A DNA stretch of 64,000 bases from Candidatus Krumholzibacteriia bacterium. Its GTDB lineage: Bacteria; Krumholzibacteriota; Krumholzibacteriia; JAJRXK01. The stretch's first letter is position 1; every line of letters starts with the position of its first letter. Location: contig JBGPIA010000002.1 in assembly GCA_041484665.1 (NCBI GenBank), positions 160,001-224,000 of the forward strand. Direction: 5' to 3'. The notes below the pieces were generated by a model. The model did no database searches and was not told where the DNA came from. It worked only from the letters and a program-made list of their open reading frames with translations. The translations under genes were made by a program, and so were the position numbers. Below are positions 40,998 to 51,222 of this stretch, in pieces.

Positions 40998-42022
40998 GCC
41001 GCCCCCGCGTGGCGGCGCGTAAACTCCACGAAGCGGTCCAGCACCGCGCGCGCCTGTCCGGAGTCGATGGCCAGCGCCGCCTGCTGCAGCCCGTCCTGCA
41101 GCGTCGTGCTCCGTCCCGCCGCCCAGAGCGCGGCAGCGGCGTTGAGCAGCACGATGTCGCGCGGCGCGCCGCCCTCGCCCGCGAGCACTCCGCGCACGAT
41201 CTGGGCATTGCGCTGGGCGTCGCCGCCCTGCAACGCCTGCGCCGGGTGCAGCGGAAGCCCCAGCGCCACGGGGTCGACGCGCACGCGCGTCACCCCCGCG
41301 TCCACCACGAGCATCCAGCTGCTCGCGGTCACGGTGAGCTCGTCGAGGCCGTCGTCGCCGTGCACGAGCAGGCTGCGTCCATTGCCCAGTCGCGGCAGCA
41401 CCTCGGCCAGCCGGTCGAGCAACCGCGGATCGAACACCCCCAGCAGCTGATGCCGGGCGCCGGCCGGATTGGTGAGCGGCCCCAGGATGTTGAACACCGT
41501 GCGCAGGCCCAGTGCGCGGCGCGGCGCCACCGCGTGGCGCATGGCGCCATGGAAGCTCGGGGCGAACATGAAGCCAAAGCCCACCTCATCCACGCAGGCG
41601 GCCACCGCGTCGGGTGCCAGCGCGAGGCTCGCGCCCAGCGTCTCCAGCACGTCGGCGCTCCCGCAGCGGCTACTCACGGAGCGGTTGCCGTGCTTGGCGA
41701 CGTGCACCCCGGCCCCTGCCGCCACGAATGCGCAGGCGGTCGAGATGTTAAAGGTCCCCGCCCCGTCGCCACCCGTCCCGCAGGTGTCCAGCAGCGGCGC
41801 CGCCGAGCAGCGCAGCGGCGTAGCGCTGGCGCGCATGGCCCTGGCGAAGCCGGTGATCTCGTCGGCGGTCTCCCCCTTCATGCGCAACGCCACCAGCAGC
41901 CCGGCGATCCAGGCCGGATCGGCCTCCCCGCGCAGGATGCGCTCCATGGCGCGCTGCGCCTCGCTCTCGGCCAGGGAATGTCCGGCCAGCACGCGCTCGA
42001 GGATCTCCTGCGGAGTGTTCAT
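40994..42022 (-). CDS. trpD: Anthranilate phosphoribosyltransferase
   Basis: DTCGTGGDG, FNIST, KHGNRSVSSRCGSAD, FNILGPLTNP, GLDE. Confidence 0.96.
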   Translation of the reverse strand: MNTPQEILERVLAGHSLAESEAQRAMERILRGEADPAWIAGLLVALRMKGETADEITGFARAMRASATPLRCSAAPLLDTCGTGGDGAGTFNISTACAFVAAGAGVHVAKHGNRSVSSRCGSADVLETLGASLALAPDAVAACVDEVGFGFMFAPSFHGAMRHAVAPRRALGLRTVFNILGPLTNPAGARHQLLGVFDPRLLDRLAEVLPRLGNGRSLLVHGDDGLDELTVTASSWMLVVDAGVTRVRVDPVALGLPLHPAQALQGGDAQRNAQIVRGVLAGEGGAPRDIVLLNAAAALWAAGRSTTLQDGLQQAALAIDSGQARAVLDRFVEFTRRHAGAA

Positions 42023-42068
42023 GGGCACACGGGCCGGGGGATGGCGCAGCCCAAGCCGGCGGGAAGGC

Positions 42069-42650
42069 CTACCGGCACAGGCTCAGGAAGTTGGCGATCA
42101 GGCGCTTTCCGCCCTGCGTCAGGATCGACTCGGGATGGAACTGCACGCCCCACGTCTCGCTGGCGCGGCTCTTGATCGCCATCAGCTCGTCGTCGCTGGT
42201 CCAGGCGTGCACCTCGAAGCGGTCGGGCAATCCGGCGCGCGTGATCTCCAGGGAATGATAGCGCGTCGCCGTGAACGGATTCTCCATTCCGTGAAAGATG
42301 CCCCGCCCCCCGTGGATGATCTGCGAGGTCTTGCCGTGGAGGATCCGCCGCGCGCGCGTCACCTCCCCGCCGTAGGCGGCCGCCATGCACTGGTGCCCCA
42401 GGCACACGCCCAGGATCGGGATCTTGCCGTCCAGCGCCCGGATCGCCCCGATGCTCACGCCCGAGTCGGCCGGCGAGCCGGGGCCCGGCGAGATCACCAG
42501 CCCATCGATGCGTGCGCTGCGCAGGCCGGTCACGGTGATCTCGTCGTTGCGCACCACCTCCACGCTGGCGCCCAGCTCGCCCAGGTACTGGACGAGGTTG
42601 AAGGTGAAGCTGTCGTAGTTGTCCAGAACCAGGATCGCGGGCGCCTTCAT
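42069..42650 (-). CDS. trpG: Anthranilate synthase component II (glutamine amidotransferase)
   Basis: DNYDSFTFNL, SPGPG, GVCLGHQ, RYHSL, QFHPES. Confidence 0.95.
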   Translation of the reverse strand: MKAPAILVLDNYDSFTFNLVQYLGELGASVEVVRNDEITVTGLRSARIDGLVISPGPGSPADSGVSIGAIRALDGKIPILGVCLGHQCMAAAYGGEVTRARRILHGKTSQIIHGGRGIFHGMENPFTATRYHSLEITRAGLPDRFEVHAWTSDDELMAIKSRASETWGVQFHPESILTQGGKRLIANFLSLCR

Positions 42651-44134
42651 AGATCCAGCCCCTCCTCGGCCAGGGCGATGGCCGCCCGGGCAGCCTCGGC
42701 CTTCTCCAGCGTCTCGGTCAGCTCGCGCTCGGGGAGGCTGTCGAGCACGATTCCCGCACCCACGCCCGTGCGCGCTTCCTGCTCCTCGCAGACGATGGTG
42801 CGGATGGCGATGCACGTGTCCATGGCGCCGGAGAAGCTGAAATAGCCCACGGCACCGGCGTAGATCCCGCGGCGACGGCTCTCCAACGCGTCGATGATCT
42901 CCATGGCGCGGATCTTCGGCGCCCCCGAAACCGTCCCCGCCGGGAAACAGGCGCGCAGCGCGTCGAAGCAGTCCAACCCCTCGCGCAGCTCGCCGCTCAC
43001 GTGGCTGACCAGGTGGATGACGTGGCTGTAGCGCTCCACCTTCATCAGCTCGTCGCAGTGGACGGTGCCGAACGCGCAGACCCGGCCCAGGTCGTTGCGT
43101 CCCAGATCCACCAGCATCACGTGCTCGGCGCGCTCCTTCTCGTCGGCGATCAGCCCTGCTATGTGCTGCGCATCCTGCGCATCGCTGTGGCCGCGCGGCC
43201 GCGTGCCCGCGATCGGGCGCACCTCCACCCTCCTCCCCTCCACGCGCACGAGCACCTCGGGCGAGGCGCCAATCACCTGCCGCTGCCCCAAGTCGAGGAA
43301 GTACATGTAGGGGCTGGGATTGATGCGGCGCAACGCCCGGTAGACGTCCAGGGGATCGGCGCGCAGCGGGCAGGACAACTCGTGGCTGAGCACGACTTGG
43401 AAGATGTCCCCGGCACGGATGTGCTGCCGCGCCTTCTCCACGGCGGCCTTGAATGCCGTGGGCCTGACGTCGCTGCGCAGCTCGGCAGGCCGGCGGGTCT
43501 TCGCCCCCGCCGCGGCGGCCGGGGCGGGAGCGCGCAGCCGCGCCAGGATCGCCTCGATCCGCTGCTGCGCTCCTGCGTAGGCCTGCGCCGGCTCGCCGTC
43601 AACGGTGGCGCAGGCGACCACTTTCATCGTATGCGAGAGGTTGTCGAACACCACCAGATCGCAAACCAGCAGCAGATCGATCTCGGGGACCGCAGCATGT
43701 TTGGCGTGTCGGTCGGGGATGCGCTCCATGGTGCGCACCGTGTCGTAGCCGATGTATCCAACGGCACCGCCAAAGAAGCGCGGCAGCCCTGGAGTCTGCG
43801 CTGGCTGGAACCCCTGCAACCACGCCGCGAGCGCCGCCAGCGGATCTTTCGTGCGCAACGTGCGCGTGCGGCCCTGCCACCGGATCGTGACGCGATCGCC
43901 GCGGGCGGTGAAGCGGCCCGCCGGTTGCGCGCCCAACAGCGAATAACGTCCCCAGGTCTCCCCGCCCTCGACGCTCTCCAGCAGGAAGCTCTCGGCGTCG
44001 CCGCGCAGCTTACGGAACGCCGACACGGGCGTCTCGAGGTCGCCCAGCACCTCGCGCACCAACGGGATCAGGTTGTGGCGGCGCGCCAGGCGGGCGAATT
44101 CCCGCGGGCTTGGCTCGATGCGGGAGGCCCTCAC
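42647..44134 (-). CDS. trpE: Anthranilate synthase component I
   Basis: LLESVEGG, GDIFQVVLS, NPSPYM, ASPE, PIAGT, EHVMLVDLGRND, PAGTVSGAPK. Confidence 0.96.
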   Translation of the reverse strand: MRASRIEPSPREFARLARRHNLIPLVREVLGDLETPVSAFRKLRGDAESFLLESVEGGETWGRYSLLGAQPAGRFTARGDRVTIRWQGRTRTLRTKDPLAALAAWLQGFQPAQTPGLPRFFGGAVGYIGYDTVRTMERIPDRHAKHAAVPEIDLLLVCDLVVFDNLSHTMKVVACATVDGEPAQAYAGAQQRIEAILARLRAPAPAAAAGAKTRRPAELRSDVRPTAFKAAVEKARQHIRAGDIFQVVLSHELSCPLRADPLDVYRALRRINPSPYMYFLDLGQRQVIGASPEVLVRVEGRRVEVRPIAGTRPRGHSDAQDAQHIAGLIADEKERAEHVMLVDLGRNDLGRVCAFGTVHCDELMKVERYSHVIHLVSHVSGELREGLDCFDALRACFPAGTVSGAPKIRAMEIIDALESRRRGIYAGAVGYFSFSGAMDTCIAIRTIVCEEQEARTGVGAGIVLDSLPERELTETLEKAEAARAAIALAEEGLDL

Positions 44135-45858
44135 GACGCAGCCTCCGTGGCCGCTTCGCCCGCCTGGGCACGCAACATGTGGCGGGCGAGCTTGCGCTGC
44201 TGCTCCCCCTCGCCACCCAGCATGCGCGCGAGCTCGGCCACGCGCTGGCCGGCCTGCAGTACGGCGATCTGGCTGATCACGCGATCTCCTTCTGCCTCCT
44301 TGCGCGCGGCCAGGTGGCGCTGCGCCGCCGCCGCGACCGCGGGCATGTGGGTGATCACCAGCAGCTGCACCTCCGCCGCCATGGCGCGCAGGCGCTCCGC
44401 CACCGCCGGGCCCAGATCCGCGGACAACCCCGTGTCCACCTCGTCGAGGATGAGCAGGGCCGGCTGGTGGCGCCGCGCCGAGAGGGTGCGCAATACCAGC
44501 GAGAGGCGACTCAGCTCGCCGCCGCTGGCGACCCGCTCCACGGGGCCCAGCGCCTCCCCGCGGTTGGTGCGCACGAGCAGCGCCACGCGCTCGGGTCCCT
44601 CCCGCGCCGGCTGCACCGCACGCCCGTCGATGCGCACGGGGCCCTCCTCCGACTCGCGCAAGGTGAGCGCGAATGCCAGCTGAGCCTCTCGCATCCCCAG
44701 CTCTGCCAGAAGCGCCTCGGCCACGCGCTGTGCCGTGCGCGCCACCGCCACGCGCGCGCGGTGTAAAGCAACGGCCGCCGCCTGCAGCCGCTGCGTCGCC
44801 GCCGCCAGGCCCAGCGCCAGCGCAGGCGGCGGCTGCGGCCCGTCGTCCAGCCCCGCCAGCTCCAAGCGCAGCCGCTCGCGCAGCTCGATCAGCTCGCGCT
44901 CGCTGCGGCCGTAGCGGCGCACCAGCGCCTGGAGTTCCGCCAGGCGCGCCTGCGACCGGTCGAGCTCCGCGGGATCGAGGTCGCTGTCGGCCAGGAACCC
45001 GGCCAAGACCCGCTGCGCTTGCGCGGCGAGCTCTGCGGCGGAGACCAGCGCCTCCCGCGCCTGCGCCAGCGCATCCAGGTCGGTTCCCGCGCGCGACAGC
45101 AAACGCTGCGCCTCGGCCAGCCGGTGCGCGGCGCCGCGGTCCTCGTCGGCCAGCGCCTCGCTGGCGGCGGATACGGCCTCCACCAGCCGCGCGCCGCCCG
45201 CCATGCGCGCCACCGTCTGGCGCAGCGCCTCCAGCTCGCCGTCGCGCAGCCGCGCGCGCTCCAGATCGCGCAGCTGCACCTCCACCAGGTCGCGCTGCGC
45301 CAACAGCTGCGCGCGGCGCGCCTGCCACTGCTCCACCGCCGCGCGGGCCAGCGCGTGGTCGTCGAACGCGGCCTCGTGCTCGCGCAGCAGCTCGTCGGCC
45401 ACGCCGCAGCCGTCCAGCAGCGCCGCGTGCGCCGATGGCTGCAACAGCCGGACCTGCTCGTGCTGGCTCTGCAGCTCGATCAGGCGGCCGCACAGCGCCG
45501 CCAACAGTGCGGCGGGTGCGGGGGTGGCGTCGATGTGGGCTCGGCTGCGCCCGCCGACGCGCACCTCGCGGCGCACGCGCAGGCAACCGTCGCGCGGGCG
45601 CGGTAGCCCCAGCTCCTCGAGGGCGTCCAGCAAGTCGGGCCGGCCTTCCAGGTCGAAAAACGCCTCGGCGCTGGCCGCCGCAGCCCCGGCGCGGATCAGG
45701 CCGCGCTCGATGGGGTCGCCGGTGAGCCAGCGCAGCGCCTCGACCACCAGCGACTTGCCGGCCCCGGTGCTCCCGGTGAGCACGTTGAGCCCCGGCCCCA
45801 GCGTCACCGTCACGTCGGCGGCGATGGCGAGGTTGCTCAAGCGCAGCTCACGCAGCAC
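44131..45858 (-). CDS. recN: DNA repair protein RecN
   Basis: LTGSTGAGKS, coiled coil, ASGGELSR, LDEVDTG, VITHMP, ELARML. Confidence 0.93.
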   Translation of the reverse strand: MLRELRLSNLAIAADVTVTLGPGLNVLTGSTGAGKSLVVEALRWLTGDPIERGLIRAGAAAASAEAFFDLEGRPDLLDALEELGLPRPRDGCLRVRREVRVGGRSRAHIDATPAPAALLAALCGRLIELQSQHEQVRLLQPSAHAALLDGCGVADELLREHEAAFDDHALARAAVEQWQARRAQLLAQRDLVEVQLRDLERARLRDGELEALRQTVARMAGGARLVEAVSAASEALADEDRGAAHRLAEAQRLLSRAGTDLDALAQAREALVSAAELAAQAQRVLAGFLADSDLDPAELDRSQARLAELQALVRRYGRSERELIELRERLRLELAGLDDGPQPPPALALGLAAATQRLQAAAVALHRARVAVARTAQRVAEALLAELGMREAQLAFALTLRESEEGPVRIDGRAVQPAREGPERVALLVRTNRGEALGPVERVASGGELSRLSLVLRTLSARRHQPALLILDEVDTGLSADLGPAVAERLRAMAAEVQLLVITHMPAVAAAAQRHLAARKEAEGDRVISQIAVLQAGQRVAELARMLGGEGEQQRKLARHMLRAQAGEAATEAAS

Positions 45859-46765
45859 GGCTCCCTCCGGGTGCGGGGGAGGCGGGACCGGTGTCGGATA
45901 GGATGCGGTGCGGGCCTCCCCAATTGAGTTTCTCCTGGATGATCTGGAAGAAGTCGCGGCGCGGCAGCCGGATGAAGTGGGCCACCTCGTGGCACTTGCG
46001 GAAGCGCAGGCGGTCCCCCTGCGTCACCGCGGTGGGGACCTGGCCGTCGGCGATGAGCACCGGGCTGGTGCATTCCTGCATCTTGACCTCGATCGTCCGC
46101 CGGCTGTCGAGGATCATGGGGCGAACGCCCAGGCTGTGCGGACAGATGGGCGTGAGCACGAACGCATCGAGGGTGGGATCCACGATCGGGCCGCCCGCGG
46201 CCAAGCTGTACGCGGTGCTGCCGGTGGGTGTGGCGAGGATGAACCCGTCGGCGAGGTAGCGACCCACCTGCGTCCCCGCCACTTCAACCTCCAGGTCGAT
46301 CGCGCGCGGGACCGGCCCCATATTGAGCACTACATCGTTGAGCGCCGTGGTCGAGAACACGATCTGGCCATTGCGCACCACATCGACGGCCACCTTGCGC
46401 CGCTTCTCGATGTGGTAGTCCCCCGTGGCCAGGCAGCGAACGGCCGAGGGGATCTCCTCCTGGCGCACCTCGGTCAGGAAGCCCAGGCCGCCGAGGTTGA
46501 CGCCCAAGAGCGGAGTGCCGTGACCGCCCACCAGCCGCGCCGCGCGCAGGAACGTGCCGTCGCCGCCGAAGCTCATCACCGCATCGGCCTCCACCACCAG
46601 CTCCTCCTCCGGCGCGCGCGGACCCGCCAGCGACAGCCCCTCCGCCAGCGGCACGGAGATCAGCACCTGCAGGCCGTTGGCCGTGAGCTCGCGCACGCTC
46701 AGCTCGAGCGCGGCGCCGATCGGGCGCTTGCCGAGGTTGCCGATCAGACCGATGCGGGTGAGCAC
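45848..46765 (-). CDS. nadK: NAD kinase
   Basis: GGDGTFL, GVNLGGLGFL, ALND, TPTGSTAYSLAAGGP, PICPH; start uncertain. Confidence 0.95.
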   Translation of the reverse strand: MLTRIGLIGNLGKRPIGAALELSVRELTANGLQVLISVPLAEGLSLAGPRAPEEELVVEADAVMSFGGDGTFLRAARLVGGHGTPLLGVNLGGLGFLTEVRQEEIPSAVRCLATGDYHIEKRRKVAVDVVRNGQIVFSTTALNDVVLNMGPVPRAIDLEVEVAGTQVGRYLADGFILATPTGSTAYSLAAGGPIVDPTLDAFVLTPICPHSLGVRPMILDSRRTIEVKMQECTSPVLIADGQVPTAVTQGDRLRFRKCHEVAHFIRLPRRDFFQIIQEKLNWGGPHRILSDTGPASPAPGGSRAA

Positions 46766-46799
46766 GGCAGTGGGAAACGCGCGTTCCCTGGGCGGTGGG

Positions 46800-48728
46800 T
46801 CATTCGTTGCGGGCGCGGCGCCGGTCCGCGAGGTCGACCCGGCGGCGCATCCCCTCCAGGAGCTGCTCGATCTCGCGCGCAACCGCCTCGGGGGTGAGGC
46901 CCACGTCGCGCAGGAGCTGCGCCGGCTCACCGTGCTCCACGAAGTGGTCGGCGATGGCGAAGCAATGCACCCGCGGCACCGCGTCGAGCTCGCGATGCAA
47001 CAGCTCCAGCACGGCGGAGCCAAAGCCCCCCTGCTCGGTCCCCTCCTCCACCGTGCACAGCAACCGGTGGCGGGCGGCAAGTTGCAGCAGTAGCTCGCGG
47101 TCCAGCGGCTTGATGAAACGCGCGTTGGCGACGGTGGCGGCGATCCCCTGCGCGGCCAATCGCTGCGCCGCCTGCAGCGCGAGCTGCACGCCGCTGCCCA
47201 CGGCCAGCAGCGCCAGGTCCTCCCCCTCGCGCAGGATCTCCCCCTTGCCGATGGGGAGCGCCTGCAGTGGCTCGGTGAGGGGGACCCCCACGCCCGCGCC
47301 GCGCGGGTAGCGCAGCGCGATCGGGCCGCCGTCGTAGCACAGCGCCGTCTTGAGCATGTGGCGCAGCTCGTCCTCGTCCTTGGGAGCCATGATCACGAAG
47401 TTGGGCACGGCACGCAGATAGGTCAGGTCGAAGCAACCGTGGTGCGTCGCGCCGTCGGCTCCCACCAGCCCGCCCCGGTCCAGGGCGAACACCACGTTGA
47501 GCCCTTGCAGCGCGATGTCGTGGATCAGCTGATCGTAGGCGCGTTGCAGGAACGTGGAGTAGATGGCGCAGACCGGCTTGAGCCCACGGCAGGCCAGGCC
47601 GCCCGCAAAGGTGACGGCGTGCTGCTCGGCGATCCCCACGTCGAAGAAACGGTCGGGGTGCGCCGCGGCAAACTTGTCCAGCCCGGTGCCCTCGGGCATC
47701 GCGGCGGTGATGGCCACGACGCGGCGATCCTCGTTGGCCAGTTCCACCAGGGTCGAGCCGAAGACCGCGGTGTACGAGGGCGGGCCCGACGCCGGCTTCT
47801 TCACCATGCCCTGCGTCTTGTCGAATTTTGTGACGCCGTGGTAGCGGAAGGCGTCGGCCTCGGCGAAGGAGTAGCCCTTGCCCTTCTGCGTGATCACGTG
47901 GACGAGGGTGGGACCTTTGAGATGCTTGACGTCGTTGAGCGTGTCCACGAGCAGATCCAGGTCGTGGCCGTCGAGCGGACCGAAGTAGCGGAAGCCCAGC
48001 GCCTCGAACAGCTGGCCGGGGACCATCAGCGTCTTGATGCTCTCCTTGAGGCGGTGGGCCAGCGCCTGCGCCCGCACGCCCCCAGGCATCTTGCCCAGCA
48101 TCTCCCAGATCTCCGCCTCGATCTTGTTGTAGAGGCTGCCCGAGGTGATCTGGGTGAGGTAGCGGTTGATGGCGCCCACATTGGGGCTGATGGACATCTC
48201 GTTGTCGTTGAGGACGACGATCAGGTCGGTGCCGACGTGGCCAGCATTGTTGAGCCCCTCGTAGGCGATGCCGCCGGTGAGCGCGCCGTCGCCCACCACG
48301 GCGATCACGTGGTGCTTCTCGCGGCGCAGGTCCCGGGCCACCGCATAGCCCAAGGCCGCGCTGATGGCGGTTGATGCGTGCCCCACGCCGAACATGTCGT
48401 GGGGGCTTTCGCTGCGGCGCGGAAAGCCCGACAGCCCGCCGTACTGGCGGATGGTCGGGAACTGGGCGCGCCGCCCGGTGAGGATCTTGTGGCCATAGGC
48501 CTGGTGACCGACGTCCCAGACGATCTTGTCACGCGGGGAGTCGAAGCAATGGTGTATGGCCACCGTCAGCTCGACGACCCCCAGGCTCGCGCCCAGGTGC
48601 CCGCCGACCTGGCTGACCACGTTGATGACTTCGTCGCGCACCTCATCGGCCAGCTGCCGCAGCTCTTTGCGGCTCATGCCCGAGAGCTGGTCGGGAGACT
48701 CGATCTGATCCAACAGACGCTCGAGCAT
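46800..48728 (-). CDS. dxs: 1-deoxy-D-xylulose-5-phosphate synthase
   Basis: GGHLGASLG, WDVGHQAY, GDGALTGG, NDNEMSI, IAEQHA, RYPRG. Confidence 0.97.
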   Translation of the reverse strand: MLERLLDQIESPDQLSGMSRKELRQLADEVRDEVINVVSQVGGHLGASLGVVELTVAIHHCFDSPRDKIVWDVGHQAYGHKILTGRRAQFPTIRQYGGLSGFPRRSESPHDMFGVGHASTAISAALGYAVARDLRREKHHVIAVVGDGALTGGIAYEGLNNAGHVGTDLIVVLNDNEMSISPNVGAINRYLTQITSGSLYNKIEAEIWEMLGKMPGGVRAQALAHRLKESIKTLMVPGQLFEALGFRYFGPLDGHDLDLLVDTLNDVKHLKGPTLVHVITQKGKGYSFAEADAFRYHGVTKFDKTQGMVKKPASGPPSYTAVFGSTLVELANEDRRVVAITAAMPEGTGLDKFAAAHPDRFFDVGIAEQHAVTFAGGLACRGLKPVCAIYSTFLQRAYDQLIHDIALQGLNVVFALDRGGLVGADGATHHGCFDLTYLRAVPNFVIMAPKDEDELRHMLKTALCYDGGPIALRYPRGAGVGVPLTEPLQALPIGKGEILREGEDLALLAVGSGVQLALQAAQRLAAQGIAATVANARFIKPLDRELLLQLAARHRLLCTVEEGTEQGGFGSAVLELLHRELDAVPRVHCFAIADHFVEHGEPAQLLRDVGLTPEAVAREIEQLLEGMRRRVDLADRRRARNE

Positions 48729-48932
48729 CGTGGCGCTCCGGGGCCAGGAACAGGGACTGTCGGCCACTCTAGCCTACCGCATTCCGGCCGCCAAAGAGTA
48801 CTTGGCCGGCGTTTCTGCCTCTGGAGTTGCGGCCGGCCGGGCGAACCGCTGACTCCGTCCGCCGGGCGGACGCACGACGCGGCCCGCTTGGCGGCCCGCG
48901 GGGCGAGCCGGACCTGCGGCCAGGTAGGCCGA

Positions 48933-49394
48933 CTAGCGCCCGGTCCCACCGAAGCCAAGGGCCGCCAGCAGTCCGAGCATTGCCCCCACTGCCACGTGGG
49001 CTGGCCGGTGGCCGCGCTCGGCGAGCGATGGCCGCAACCGCTCCAGCCACCCCGCCTCGTGACCGCCCATCTCCTCGAAGCTGCCCGCCAGATCCCGCGC
49101 GCGTCGCCCACCGGCCCCGGCGGTCAGCTGTACCCGCATGGCGTCGTGCAGGACGATCCCGGAGAACAGGGCCACCAGGGTGAAGGCCGGCGACGCGACC
49201 CCGTGGCTTAAGGCCACCAGAGTGGTCAAGCAGCCAAACGCCGCTCCGTAGAGGCTGGGCAGACCGTTGGCGGTCACCAGCGCCCTCAGCTGCAGGCGGC
49301 GCTGCGCGAGCCCGTAGAGCAGGAGCTTCACGAGCTGGCAGACCGCGCCCACCGCCATCACGAGCAGCCAGGCCGGTACGGTGCCCGCCGTCAT
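48933..49394 (-). CDS. Divergent PAP2 / DUF212 family membrane protein (degenerate motif)
   Basis: QLVK..., GLPS, VLHDAMRV, GHRPAHV.VG.MLG; ispA-DUF212-dxs synteny. Confidence 0.72.
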   Translation of the reverse strand: MTAGTVPAWLLVMAVGAVCQLVKLLLYGLAQRRLQLRALVTANGLPSLYGAAFGCLTTLVALSHGVASPAFTLVALFSGIVLHDAMRVQLTAGAGGRRARDLAGSFEEMGGHEAGWLERLRPSLAERGHRPAHVAVGAMLGLLAALGFGGTGR

Positions 49395-50341
49395 CACCGG
49401 TCGCGCTGGGCGAGGTGAAGCGCCAGCTCCGCCAGTCGCGCAGGGAGTCTGTGGCCACCGACCAAGCTCTGGCGCAGCGCCGCAAGACCCTGTCGTGCGC
49501 GGCGCTGAGCCCCGGCTCGCGCCGCGGGCGCCCCCAGGGCGGTGACCGCCGTGAGCTTGCCCTGTCGCCGGTCCTTGCCCGCCGTCTTGCCGAGCACCGC
49601 GCCACAGGACGACGCGTCGAGCCAGTCGTCGACCATCTGGAAGGCCACGCCCAGCTGCTCCCCAGCGTTGCGCACGCGCCACAGCCTGCGCCCACCCACG
49701 CCCGCGCACGCCGCGCCCATCGCCAACGCCGCGCCCATCAGGCGCCCCGTCTTGAGGCGGTGCAGCGTCACCACCCCCCGGCGCCCGCCGTCGGCGCCTG
49801 CGTGCAGATCGAGCTGCTGGCCCGCTGCCATGCCGTTGCGGCCCGCGGCATCGGCCAAGAGCCCCACCGCAATGGCCGACAGCGCCGCGGGGCGGATCCC
49901 GGCGAGCAGCGCGAAGGCCTCGGTCTGCAGCGCATCGCCGGCCAGGATCGCCGTCGCCTCATCGAATCGACGATGGCACGACGGCTGGCCCCGCCGCAGA
50001 TCGTCGTCGTCCATGGCGGGCAAATCGTCGTGGATGAGCGAGTAGGTGTGGAGCATCTCCAGCGCCATCGCGCAACGCCAGACCGCCGCGCTGCGCCGCG
50101 CGCGCCGCGCGTCGTAGGCCCACAGGCACAGCACCGGACGCAACCGCTTGCCGCCACCCAGCAGGCTGTAGGAGACCGCTGCGTCCAACCGCGGTGCCGC
50201 GGACGCCCCGCAGCGCAGCTGCCGCGCGAGACGCTGCTCGATCTGCGCGCGCTCGCGCGCGAGCGCCGGCGCGAGATCAAGGCCACGTGCTCCGGCTGCC
50301 GCCGGCGTGCGACGCAGCGCTCCTCGCACAGCGCGACTCAT
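49394..50341 (-). CDS. ispA: Polyprenyl (farnesyl) diphosphate synthase
   Basis: GGKRLRP, HTYSLIHDDLPAMDDDDLRRG, GQQLD, KTG, FQMVDD, GKTAGKD. Confidence 0.93.
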   Translation of the reverse strand: MSRAVRGALRRTPAAAGARGLDLAPALARERAQIEQRLARQLRCGASAAPRLDAAVSYSLLGGGKRLRPVLCLWAYDARRARRSAAVWRCAMALEMLHTYSLIHDDLPAMDDDDLRRGQPSCHRRFDEATAILAGDALQTEAFALLAGIRPAALSAIAVGLLADAAGRNGMAAGQQLDLHAGADGGRRGVVTLHRLKTGRLMGAALAMGAACAGVGGRRLWRVRNAGEQLGVAFQMVDDWLDASSCGAVLGKTAGKDRRQGKLTAVTALGAPAARAGAQRRARQGLAALRQSLVGGHRLPARLAELALHLAQRDR

Positions 50342-51222
50342 CGGTCCTCGCGCAGCTGGCAGGCTTGCACCGTGTTGCGCAGCAGCATGGCGATGGTCAT
50401 GGGGCCCACACCGCCGGGCACAGGGGTGAGCAGGCTGGCGCGCGCGGCGACTTCCGGGTGCACGTCCCCCGCCAGCCGCTCCGGCGCCGTCGACCCGTTG
50501 TCTCCCTTCAGCCGGTGGATGCCCACGTCGATCACGACGGCTCCCTCGCGCACGTGCTCGGCGCGCACGAGCAGCGGGACGCCGGCGGCAGCCACGAGGA
50601 TCTCCCCCTGCGCGCAGACTTCCGCCAGTTCGCGGCTGCGGCTGTGGCAGAGGGTGACCGTGGCGTCGCAGCCCGGCGCGGAGAGCAGGATCGAGAGCGG
50701 GCGGCCGACGATGGGGCTGCGCCCGATGATCACGGCGCGCCGGCCCTGCAGCGGCACTTCGTAGGCGCGCAGCAGCTCCAGGCAGCCCGCAGGCGTGCAG
50801 GGCACGAAGCGCGGTGCCCCTTGCGCCAGCAGGCCTGCGTTCTCCGGGTGCAGCCCGTCGACGTCCTTGTACGGATCGACCCACGTGCGCACCGCCACGG
50901 GGTCGATCTGGGGCGGCAGCGGGAGCTGGACGAGCACACCGTCGACCGCGGGGTCGGCATTGAGGCGCTCGATGAGCGCGCGCAGCTGCTGCGGCGAGCA
51001 GGCGGTCTCCAGATGGTGGGTGGTGCCGATCAGGCCGGCCGCCGCGCACGCCCGCGACTTGTTGCGCACGTAGATCTGGCTGGCGGGATCCTCGCCCACC
51101 AGCACCACGGCCAGGGTGGGGGCACGACCGCGCTCGCGCTTGAGACGCGCGACGTCGTCTGCCAGCTCGCCCTGGATGCGGCGGGCCAGGGCCGAGCCGT
51201 CCATCCGGACGGCTTCCGTCAC
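50338..51222 (-). CDS. folD: Methylenetetrahydrofolate dehydrogenase/cyclohydrolase
   Basis: YVRNK, VQLPLP, KDVDGLHP, PCTP, GRS.IVGRP, TPVPGGVGPMT. Confidence 0.97.
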   Translation of the reverse strand: MTEAVRMDGSALARRIQGELADDVARLKRERGRAPTLAVVLVGEDPASQIYVRNKSRACAAAGLIGTTHHLETACSPQQLRALIERLNADPAVDGVLVQLPLPPQIDPVAVRTWVDPYKDVDGLHPENAGLLAQGAPRFVPCTPAGCLELLRAYEVPLQGRRAVIIGRSPIVGRPLSILLSAPGCDATVTLCHSRSRELAEVCAQGEILVAAAGVPLLVRAEHVREGAVVIDVGIHRLKGDNGSTAPERLAGDVHPEVAARASLLTPVPGGVGPMTIAMLLRNTVQACQLREDR

